DNA from: an uncultured Thermococci archaeon
GTDB lineage: Archaea; Methanobacteriota_B; Thermococci; Thermococcales; Thermococcaceae
Reading direction: 5' to 3'
Length of the DNA stretch: 11,735 nt
NCBI GenBank assembly: GCA_964615185.1
Contig: CAZTOS010000051.1
Coordinates: forward strand, 4,911 to 16,645
Part shown: one piece after another, positions 1 through 6,989 of the stretch
Layout of the letters: every line of letters begins with the position of its first letter
Position numbering within the stretch: position 1 is the stretch's first letter
The notes under the pieces: model-generated
Seen by the model: the letters and a program-made list of their open reading frames with translations, nothing else
What the model was told of the DNA's origin: nothing
Databases searched by the model: none
Translations under genes and position numbers: made by a program

Positions 1-692
1 TCCTTAACCATGTTGTCAACGATTCCAGTAAGCTCGGTTCCGACCTTGAGACCAATCAGCGTGTAGATTATTGGTATGAACCCAGCGCTGAAGAGCCTCC
101 CTATGTTGTCATGGCCAAGTTGCCATGTTTGCCATATCCAGTCAAAGAGGAAGTAGCCACCTATTGCAAGGCCGATAAGACCAACGGTTACATAGCCAAT
201 CCCTGCTAAGCCTTCAAGGGGCTCAAAGACCCTGTGGGGAATTTCATACTCTCTGAACGCTAAGTAGAGCATTAAGAATGCAGTTGCAATCGTTGCTCCG
301 CCCGGGAAGCCTCCTCCCGGTGTTAAGTGACCATGAATGAATATGTAAGCACCAAAGAGCATTATGAATGGCAACAATAACCTTGAACCAGTCTGGAGAA
401 CAACGCTTCCCTCGCTCTTTGCGGTTCTCTCCCTCTTCTTCCTCCAGAGTAGAGCAGCAACACCTGTAGCCGCTATGAACAGGACTGTAACCTCACCAAG
501 GGTATCGAAACCTCTGTAGTTAACGACAACAGCTGTAACGGCATTTACGGCACCAGTTTGGTCTTTTACGTTCTCAAGATAATACTTTCCAACAAGCATT
601 TTATCAGCGCCAAAGGGAACCTGAGCGAGTGCATTTGCAAGCCAATATCCTGTAATTAGTATAAGGATGATTGCAAGCACCCTCTTTACCAT
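1..692 (-). CDS. mbxF: MnhB-type subunit (fused MbhE+MbhF equivalent, MbxF/MbsE) of the Mrp-type membrane complex; 3' end runs off the window
   Basis: Not in the ORF track; translated by hand from ATG at 692: MVKRVLAIILILITGYWLANALAQVPFG...GAVNAVTAVVVNYRGFDTLGEVTVLF...IHGHLTPGGGFPGG...VDNMVK. Open for 230 codons to the window edge. Carries both the NAVTAVVVNYRGFDTLGE (MbhE-like) and GHLTPGGGFxGG (MnhB/MbhF-like) motifs in one chain. Overlaps the upstream gene's stop by 7 nt. Confidence 0.88.
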   Translation of the reverse strand, partial: MVKRVLAIILILITGYWLANALAQVPFGADKMLVGKYYLENVKDQTGAVNAVTAVVVNYRGFDTLGEVTVLFIAATGVAALLWRKKRERTAKSEGSVVLQTGSRLLLPFIMLFGAYIFIHGHLTPGGGFPGGATIATAFLMLYLAFREYEIPHRVFEPLEGLAGIGYVTVGLIGLAIGGYFLFDWIWQTWQLGHDNIGRLFSAGFIPIIYTLIGLKVGTELTGIVDNMVK

Positions 693-970
693 CTGACCCA
701 CCACCCTGTTCCTTCCCCCTCGCTCTCATACCTCTCAGTCCTCTTTATTGCGAAGATAAACACAGCAGCGCTCATTGCTGCACCTATAGCAGCTTCAACC
801 ATTGCAACATCTGGAGCTTGGAGCAGGAAGAAAGCGATTGACGCAAATAAGCTCACTGCAGCCATTCCAACTACTGCTGCCAATAAATCCTTCCACTCTA
901 CTGCGAAGATTGCTGAAACTATCATGAGGATAACAATTAGATACTCAATACATTGGACGCAGTTAATCAT
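686..970 (-). CDS. mbxD: MbhD/MbxD-like subunit (DUF4040 family)
   Basis: 94 aa, about three TM helices, LQAPDVAMVEAAIG motif typical of DUF4040/MnhB-like subunits; ATGA start/stop overlap with the upstream gene. Confidence 0.85.
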   Translation of the reverse strand: MINCVQCIEYLIVILMIVSAIFAVEWKDLLAAVVGMAAVSLFASIAFFLLQAPDVAMVEAAIGAAMSAAVFIFAIKRTERYESEGEGTGWWVRW

Positions 971-1341
971 TGCTCTCCCTCCTTTGTCTCATCAGAAACT
1001 TTTTCCAAATACTCCCTATATTTGTCAACAATGCTGCCTTCCCACACAGGAATTCCGCTCTTATATGCCGCTCTGATTAATGCATGGGCGCTTATTGGGT
1101 TAGTTAACAGCAAGAACACTGCAATCACGAGGGTCTTTGGGAGCCACGCATAGGAACCGACATGTCCAATTGCCCAAATGCCAACTCCAATGATGACACC
1201 CAATGAACCAAGTGTAGCGCTCTTAGTTGCAGTCTGCATTCTGTTGTAAACATCGGGCATTCTAATGAGACCAAGAGATGATAGGAAGTAGAACACCGTT
1301 CCAAAGAGGACTAAAAACTCTCCAACAATCTCTGCAATCAT
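967..1341 (-). CDS. mbxC: MnhG/MrpG family subunit (MbxC)
   Basis: GLIRMPDVYNRMQTATKSATLG and LLTNPISAHALIRAAY are MnhG signatures; ATGA overlaps at both ends. Confidence 0.9.
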   Translation of the reverse strand: MIAEIVGEFLVLFGTVFYFLSSLGLIRMPDVYNRMQTATKSATLGSLGVIIGVGIWAIGHVGSYAWLPKTLVIAVFLLLTNPISAHALIRAAYKSGIPVWEGSIVDKYREYLEKVSDETKEGEQ

Positions 1342-1592
1342 ACCCCTCCCTCCAAGTATCTTGCAAATGCTATGACACCTAAGAAAGCCAGAACTGCATA
1401 TACCAGTGCAACATCAAGGAATATTGCCCTCTTGTAGTAAAGTGCAAACAGAACCATTAGTCCAGTGGTTATTGTGGTCATGATATCAACAGCAACTACT
1501 CTATCAACTGTTGTTGGGCCTCTAAAAACTCTGTACATGCTCAGCAGAGTGGCTATTGCTATAATTAAAAGGTAGATGTTAATTCCTATCAT
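1338..1592 (-). CDS. mbxB: MnhF/MrpF family subunit (MbxB)
   Basis: 84 aa hydrophobic protein with RVFRGPTTVDRVVAVD and LDVALVYAVLAFLGVIAFARYL, the MnhF pattern. Confidence 0.9.
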   Translation of the reverse strand: MIGINIYLLIIAIATLLSMYRVFRGPTTVDRVVAVDIMTTITTGLMVLFALYYKRAIFLDVALVYAVLAFLGVIAFARYLEGGV

Positions 1593-2095
1593 TCGAAAAT
1601 CACCTTTAGGAATTTTTCAAAAGGTCTTGTTATGTTATCTGAGGCGCCTTCAACGCTTGCATCTTTAACGTCAATCCAGTGGATAAAATACCGGTCTCCG
1701 TTAACGTCAAGGGTTATCGTACCTGGTGTCAGTGTAATTGAGTTTGCCAAGGCTAATTTTCCTGCATTGTTCTTCAGAACAGTTTTGCACTCAACAATCC
1801 CCGGATTTATTGGTCTCTTTGGATGCAACACTCTGTAGGCAACATCCAGATTTGCCATTATCATTGCCCAGAGGAAATATGGTATGTATGCTATTGCATA
1901 GGCAACTCTTCTTGGGTGAAGGTTTGCTAAGCCTCTTTCTGTAAACACTTCATAAGTTAATGCACCTACGATTAGGGAGAACAGCAGTCCAATTATCAGC
2001 TCCTGTGGATCGACACTGCTGGTCAGGAAAAGCCAAATTACAAAAAGCACAATCACGGTGTATAGGTAACGGCTTATTCTGCTTGCCTCCTTCAT
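1589..2095 (-). CDS. mbxA: MnhE/MrpE family subunit (MbxA), first gene of the operon
   Basis: ANSITLTPGT and ANLDVAYRVL MnhE motifs. Start moved from the track's TTG at 2101 to ATG at 2095 because GGAGGG (2107-2102) lies 6 nt upstream of it. Confidence 0.9.
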   Translation of the reverse strand: MKEASRISRYLYTVIVLFVIWLFLTSSVDPQELIIGLLFSLIVGALTYEVFTERGLANLHPRRVAYAIAYIPYFLWAMIMANLDVAYRVLHPKRPINPGIVECKTVLKNNAGKLALANSITLTPGTITLDVNGDRYFIHWIDVKDASVEGASDNITRPFEKFLKVIFE

Positions 2096-2157
2096 TACCA
2101 ACCCTCCAGAGTTTAAACTTGAAAGTTTTTACATCTTAACTCTTGGTTCAAAATTGG

Positions 2158-2176
2158 TATTTATAAACTTTATTAA
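2158..2176 (-). promoter_or_regulatory. BRE/TATA promoter of the mbx operon
   Basis: Minus strand reads TTAATAAAG-TTTATAAATA; TATA at 2167-2158, about 63 nt upstream of the mbxA ATG. Confidence 0.7.
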
Positions 2177-2187
2177 ACAAACTTTTA

Positions 2188-2210
2188 GTTTCAAACAGGA
2201 AGTTAGAAAC
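2188..2210. promoter_or_regulatory. SurR binding site (double box)
   Basis: GTTtcaAACaggaaGTTagaAAC is a perfect GTTn3AACn5GTTn3AAC, matching the known Thermococcales SurR consensus GTTn3AAC(n5GTT), upstream of a known class of SurR target operon. Confidence 0.88.
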
Positions 2211-2315
2211 GGAGGTAGCAAAAAGTGTTCTTTGCTGTAGTAGGATATTCTTTGAGGCACATAACATAACGTCAATGCTAAAATTATTTTCAAACTACAA
2301 AGATGCAACAAAGTC

Positions 2316-2338
2316 ATACAGCCACCTAAAGGCTGTAT
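2316..2338. repeat. Perfect 8-bp inverted repeat ATACAGCC-N7-GGCTGTAT (operator or terminator-associated hairpin)
   Basis: Seen directly; lies 23 nt past the stop codon of the ACT gene and abuts minus-strand TTTTTATATA (2345-2336). Confidence 0.55.
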
Positions 2339-2361
2339 ATAAAAAGTTAAGCAAGAAGAAG

Positions 2362-2862
2362 TTAGTATATTGAAATCCTCTTGACTCCTTCAAGTTTTGA
2401 AAGCTCGTTAATAAGGTCTCCTGGAATTGGTCTCTCTGTGATTATGGTTAATGTAGCCTCAGGATAAAGCTCTGGATCTTCAGCAACCACCTGTATGATG
2501 TTTATCCCCCTATCCGCAATCTTTCCAGCAATCTTTGCCAGAATTCCAATAGCTCTGGGCTCTGGCTCGATTTCAATTACTCCATACCCTACATGCCTGC
2601 CAACAAACTTCATGTGTACTGTTGGTTCCAAATTTGTGTAAATTTCTCTAAGCTCTGATATCTTAAGAATCATAGCTACAGTTTCTTTAACAACCCTTCT
2701 GTCAACGTCAAGAGCTTTCGCTATCTTTGTATATGGTACTTCAATGTTGCCGCACTTAATCTTCATGTCGTCTGAGACCTTAAGTCCGTATTTCAAAAGT
2801 GTCTTTGCTATTTGCTTTCTAACGGGATATTCATCAAAATAATGCTCAATCTTTCCCCACAT
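2362..2862 (-). CDS. Predicted regulator with N-terminal HTH-like region and C-terminal ACT domain (COG2150-like)
   Basis: VPYTKIAKALDVDRRVVKETV is HTH-like; GILAKIAGKIADRGINIIQV...LTIITE is an ACT signature. Start moved to ATG at 2862 (MWGKIEHYF), preceded by a GGGTGG RBS. Confidence 0.8.
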   Translation of the reverse strand: MWGKIEHYFDEYPVRKQIAKTLLKYGLKVSDDMKIKCGNIEVPYTKIAKALDVDRRVVKETVAMILKISELREIYTNLEPTVHMKFVGRHVGYGVIEIEPEPRAIGILAKIAGKIADRGINIIQVVAEDPELYPEATLTIITERPIPGDLINELSKLEGVKRISIY

Positions 2863-2912
2863 AGGTACCACCCTGAGCAATCCAGTTCAGCACTATACTT
2901 TAGGCGACAATA

Positions 2913-2929
2913 ATATTAAAATGTTTCCA
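2913..2929 (-). promoter_or_regulatory. Probable BRE/TATA of the ACT-domain gene
   Basis: Minus strand GGAAACA-TTTTAATAT about 50 nt upstream of the ATG at 2862. Confidence 0.5.
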
Positions 2930-3007
2930 TGTCCACATTTATCGCTAAGAATGTACGGAATAGGCAATTTAAAATTTTACTCAAAATTTTTAAGTCACCA
3001 TTCATGA

Positions 3008-4282
3008 ATGCCAAACATGATTAAAATTAAGCTCTCCCACTCATATTTTGAAGATTTGGGAGAGAGTGTGAGGTTAGTCTGGAGAAACACTCTTTATGCA
3101 GATTTTGAAAAAAAGCTCCTTGCAAGAGCTATAAAAAGGAGATACAGAGTTAAACCCGAGGTTAGAGCCGAGAAGGGTTATCTCATCATTGATAACATTG
3201 ATGACTCAGATGTTGAAAAATTTGTTGAATTCTTTATTTCAAACAATCTTGGGGCATTTCTCAAAAGCCGATATACACGAAGGGAAGTAGTTTATATTCA
3301 TGAAGGAATGAATGTCCCATTGTTAGGCTACAACGCCTTCGGACTAATAGATAGAGGCACAAACCTGATTCAGGTAAGGGGCTCAACTGGATGCAATCTT
3401 TCATGTGTTTTTTGCTCGGTTGATGAGGGTCCTTACTCCAGAACCAGAAGGATTGATTACGTTGTTGATATTGATTATCTCCTGAAGTGGTTTGATGAAG
3501 TTGCAAGGTTTAAGGGTAAAGGTCTTGAGGCACACTTAGATGGACAAGGTGAACCTTTGCTTTATCCATTCATAGTTGAGCTTGTGCAGGCATTAAAAGA
3601 GCATCCAAATGTGAGCATAGTTTCAATGCAGAGTAATGGTGTAATTTTAAATGATAAGCTTGTTGAAGAGTTAGCAGAGGCTGGCTTAGACAGGATGAAT
3701 CTTTCAGTACATTCTCTTGATCCAGAAAAGGCAAAGATGCTCATGGGCATGAAAAATTATGATCTAAATCATGTTTTGGATATGGCAGAAGCTTTGGTAA
3801 ATGCGGGGATTGATGTTCTCCTTGCTCCGGTAATTATCTTTGGAGTGAATGACAATGAAGCTGAAGCGTTCATAGAGTTTGCAAGAAAGATTGGAGCTGG
3901 AAAGAGATGGCCTGCGTTGGGTTTTCAGAACTACATGCCTTATAAGTTTGGCAGGAATCCAGCAATAGCTAAACTTATGCCATTTAAGAAATTTTATGAA
4001 TGGTTAAGAGAGCTTGAAAAAAAGACTGGAATGAAGCCTCTCGTCTTAAGACCAGAGCACTTCGGAATGCATAGAAGAAGATTTATTCCTCTGGTATTTA
4101 GAACAGGAGAAGTGGTAAAAGCTGAGGTGGTCTTACCAGGAAGAATTGAAGGTGAAATGCTTGCAGTTGCAAGGAACAGGTTGATTGAGGTAATAAACAC
4201 TAACGCCAAGGTTGGAGATAAGATAAGGGTTAAGATCGTGAGGACAAGGCATGGGATTTATGTAGGGACACCGATTAAATAA
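3008..4282 (+). CDS. Uncharacterised radical SAM protein with C-terminal TRAM domain (COG2100-like)
   Basis: CNLSCVFC (CxxxCxxC at 3392-3415), GQGEPLL (GGEP-like), MQSNG and LDRMNLSVHSLD radical SAM core motifs; the last ~58 aa (GEVVKAEVVLPGRIEGEMLAVA...VGDKIRVKIVRT) fit a TRAM beta-barrel. True start may be ATG 3017, possibly leaderless after TTTTTAAG at 2987-2994. Confidence 0.85.
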   Translation: MPNMIKIKLSHSYFEDLGESVRLVWRNTLYADFEKKLLARAIKRRYRVKPEVRAEKGYLIIDNIDDSDVEKFVEFFISNNLGAFLKSRYTRREVVYIHEGMNVPLLGYNAFGLIDRGTNLIQVRGSTGCNLSCVFCSVDEGPYSRTRRIDYVVDIDYLLKWFDEVARFKGKGLEAHLDGQGEPLLYPFIVELVQALKEHPNVSIVSMQSNGVILNDKLVEELAEAGLDRMNLSVHSLDPEKAKMLMGMKNYDLNHVLDMAEALVNAGIDVLLAPVIIFGVNDNEAEAFIEFARKIGAGKRWPALGFQNYMPYKFGRNPAIAKLMPFKKFYEWLRELEKKTGMKPLVLRPEHFGMHRRRFIPLVFRTGEVVKAEVVLPGRIEGEMLAVARNRLIEVINTNAKVGDKIRVKIVRTRHGIYVGTPIK

Positions 4283-5408
4283 ACCTCGAACTCCTAACTT
4301 TCAGCTCTCCTTTTTCATAAAGCTCAAGCAGAATATTCACAATTCTTTCTCCAGCCTTTCCATCGCCGAAAGGATTTTCTGCAGATGCCATTTTTTCATA
4401 GAATTCCTTATCATTCAAAAGCTTGTTAACATAATGTAGTGCTCTATCCTTCTCAAGACCAACCAAAATGTTGCCGCCAGCTTTAACTGTCTCTGGTCTC
4501 TCAGTATTATAGCGCAAAGTTAAGCATGGAACATTGAGAATTATGCTTTCCTCCTGTAATCCACCAGAATCTGTCATTACAATCTTGGCATTCTTCTGCA
4601 GCTTTAAAAAGTCAAGGTATCCTAAAGGTTGGGTAACTATAAGATTTTCAATTTTCTTAACCCTCTCCCACAGCCCAAACTCTTTAAGCCTGTTTCTCGT
4701 TCTCGGATGCATTGGATAAATAGTTTTTATTGGAAGTGCTTCAAGGATCTCAACCAGTTTTTCAAGATTTTCTTTGCTGTCAGTATTCTCTGCTCTGTGA
4801 GCTGTTATGAGAATGTACTCTTTCGGTGTAAGGTTGAATCTCTCAAGAACATCACTCTTTCGCTCAGCTATCTCTGAGTTCTGCAAAACAGCATCGACAA
4901 TTGTATTCCCAACAACATAAACGCCTTCTCTAATTCCTTCATTCTCCAAATTTTCCTTGGCTTCCTCTGTTGGAGCGAAGAGAACTTCACTTGCATGATC
5001 TGCTAAAATCCTGTTTATTTCTTCAGGCATTGTTCTGTCAAGGCTCCTCAATCCAGCTTCAACGTGAGCCACAGGGATTTTCAATTTAACGCTGGCTAAA
5101 GCTCCAGCCAGAACTGTGTTCGTATCTCCCTGAACGAGTGTAACATCTGGCTTCTCTTTCATCAAAACCTTCTCGATTTTAATCATGGCAATTCCTGTTT
5201 GCTCCGCCTGAGTTCCAGAGCCGACTTCAAGATGATAGTCAATGCTGTCAAGCTCAAGCTCTTCCAAAAATATCTTACTCATCTCGTAGTCGTAATGCTG
5301 TCCCGTATGAATTAATAGAGGCTTGACTCCCCTTTTTTCAAATGCCCTGATAACCGGAGCGAGCTTTATAATCTCAGGTCGTGTTCCGAAGACAAATGCT
5401 GGCTTCAA
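4275..5408 (-). CDS. wecB: UDP-N-acetylglucosamine 2-epimerase (non-hydrolysing)
   Basis: GTRPE, HTGQHY, QGDT, HVEAGLRS, PEEINR, TDSGGLQEE, TERPE and NPFGDG motifs all present. TTG start overlaps the wecC stop (TTGA). Confidence 0.95.
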   Translation of the reverse strand: MKPAFVFGTRPEIIKLAPVIRAFEKRGVKPLLIHTGQHYDYEMSKIFLEELELDSIDYHLEVGSGTQAEQTGIAMIKIEKVLMKEKPDVTLVQGDTNTVLAGALASVKLKIPVAHVEAGLRSLDRTMPEEINRILADHASEVLFAPTEEAKENLENEGIREGVYVVGNTIVDAVLQNSEIAERKSDVLERFNLTPKEYILITAHRAENTDSKENLEKLVEILEALPIKTIYPMHPRTRNRLKEFGLWERVKKIENLIVTQPLGYLDFLKLQKNAKIVMTDSGGLQEESIILNVPCLTLRYNTERPETVKAGGNILVGLEKDRALHYVNKLLNDKEFYEKMASAENPFGDGKAGERIVNILLELYEKGELKVRSSRFI

Positions 5409-6691
5409 TACTCGCCCCTCCCTATGCCTTTAAATATGAAGCCCTTGGGAGGCTTGTCTATTACATGCCTGCCATCTACGAGGATTTTATTTCTCATTAA
5501 TTTCCCCAGCTCCTCCCACTTGAGTTCCTTAAACTGTGAATGATCAGTTGCAATTACAATTGCATCAGAATCTTTTACTGCTTCCTCAATGGTTTTATGC
5601 GTTCCATTGACATATGGGTCATAAGAACGGACATCTGTAACATCATCTTGAATAGCTTCAATAAACGCATATGCAGGTGAATTCCTTGTGTCATCAGAGT
5701 TTCCTTTGTATGCCAAACCAAGAACTGTTACAACGGCTTCCTCTGGAGGCAGGTTTATCATCTTGAATGCATCAAATAGCAAGTCCTTTGCCATCAAAGG
5801 CATGTCTTCATTGATTTCTCTCGCTTTCTTAATCAGTCCAAAATCTTCTTTTGCTGAACTAAGCAACAAATATGGATCTTTTGGCAAACAATGTCCTCCA
5901 ACGCCTATCCCAGGAATGTGTATTTTAACCCTCGGATGGGTGTTTGCCAGCTCAATAGCTTCAAATATGTTAATCCCGTACTGGTGAGCTAAAAATGCAA
6001 ACTCATTTGCAAGTGCAATGTTTACATCCCTAAACGTGTTTTCCATAAGCTTAACCATTTCACTTGTGGTAGAATCTGTTTTGAAAATCTGCCCTTTAAC
6101 AAAAGTCCTATATAAGATTTCAGCCAAGTCAGCACTCTCTTTGGTTATTCCACCAAGGATTCTCGAATTATAAACAAGTTCCTTGAAAATTCTGCCTGGC
6201 ATCACTCTCTCTGGGGCATGAACCATGTAAAAGTCCTCCCCAGCTTTAAATCCAGTGAGACTCTCAATTAATTTTGCCATTCTCACAGTTGTCAGGGGAG
6301 GAACAGTGCTCTCAATTATCACCAAGGAGCCTTTTTTCATAACTTTTGCCACAGTTTTTACGGCACTTTCAAGATATCCTAAGTTGGGTGTCTTATCTTC
6401 CCTAAGTGGAGTTTGAACACAAATTATGTAGATATCTTTGTTTTTTATCTCATTAGAATTTGAAGTTGCTCTAAGTTTTCCACTCTTAATTGCCCTCTGA
6501 AGAAGCTCATCTATTTCCGGCTCAACTATATGTGCACTCCCAGAATTCAGCTTCTTTACGACATCCTCTCTTATTTCGTACCCAATTACATTAAATCCAG
6601 AATTTGCAAACATTATAGCAGTTGGAAGACCGATATATCCTAAACCGATAATAGCAATTTCTGCCTCCTTATTTTGTATCCTATCCCTCAT
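5405..6691 (-). CDS. wecC: UDP-N-acetyl-D-mannosamine dehydrogenase
   Basis: GLGYIGLP Rossmann motif, IESTVPP, PERVMPG, KLMENTFRDVNIA, catalytic GGHC, GLAYK..DxRNSP; adjacent to wecB. Confidence 0.93.
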   Translation of the reverse strand: MRDRIQNKEAEIAIIGLGYIGLPTAIMFANSGFNVIGYEIREDVVKKLNSGSAHIVEPEIDELLQRAIKSGKLRATSNSNEIKNKDIYIICVQTPLREDKTPNLGYLESAVKTVAKVMKKGSLVIIESTVPPLTTVRMAKLIESLTGFKAGEDFYMVHAPERVMPGRIFKELVYNSRILGGITKESADLAEILYRTFVKGQIFKTDSTTSEMVKLMENTFRDVNIALANEFAFLAHQYGINIFEAIELANTHPRVKIHIPGIGVGGHCLPKDPYLLLSSAKEDFGLIKKAREINEDMPLMAKDLLFDAFKMINLPPEEAVVTVLGLAYKGNSDDTRNSPAYAFIEAIQDDVTDVRSYDPYVNGTHKTIEEAVKDSDAIVIATDHSQFKELKWEELGKLMRNKILVDGRHVIDKPPKGFIFKGIGRGEY

Positions 6692-6722
6692 CGCCTCTCC
6701 CCAGAATAAAAAGCCAAAAAAT

Positions 6723-6739
6723 AAATTTAAGGGTTTTCC
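6723..6739 (-). promoter_or_regulatory. Probable BRE/TATA of wecC-wecB
   Basis: Minus strand GGAAAACCC-TTAAATTT about 32 nt upstream of the wecC ATG. Confidence 0.55.
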
Positions 6740-6938
6740 AAGTAACGATTTCAGTATTCGATATGAGTCATTTGTAACGAAATTTTAATTTCAATTAACA
6801 TACAAGCGTTTTTCTTCTAAATTTGACAAAAATGACATTTCAGATAAATTAGATCATTTGATGAAAGTGTAATAAACGTTAAAACATCAAAATCAACGAT
6901 AAGAAATCTTAAAAAATAAGCTCCCACAACCGTTTTAC

Positions 6939-6953
6939 GGAAACCCTTTTAAT
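6939..6953 (+). promoter_or_regulatory. Probable BRE/TATA of the DUF354 gene
   Basis: GGAAACCC-TTTTAAT about 36 nt upstream of the ATG; RBS AGGTGG at 6977-6982. Confidence 0.55.
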
Positions 6954-6989
6954 GGACAAAGATGCTCATTATAATTAGGTGGAAAATGT

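Noticed and set aside
953..1944. Plus-strand ORFs 953-1153, 1632-1838 and 1738-1944
   Set aside because: Antisense shadows of well-supported mbx genes with no recognisable motifs.
1..2095. Calling the operon Mbh hydrogenase or a stand-alone Mrp antiporter
   Set aside because: The fused E/F subunit fits MBS better; not fully excluded because the catalytic genes are outside the window.
2111..2118. GTTTAAAC palindrome as another SurR box
   Set aside because: Spacing is n2 rather than n3 and it is out of the 14-bp register.
2129..2317. 62-aa minus-strand ORF in the mbx upstream region
   Set aside because: No clear RBS, atypical composition, and it runs through the SurR boxes and TATA; most likely chance, though it does follow the TATA-like element at 2345-2336.
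3261..5987. Short ORFs antisense to the radical SAM gene, wecB and wecC
   Set aside because: Fully nested opposite conserved genes and show the Ser/Phe/Ile-rich composition typical of reverse frames.
6858..6920. TGATGA as box C of a C/D guide RNA
   Set aside because: No CTGA box D at a suitable distance on the same strand.
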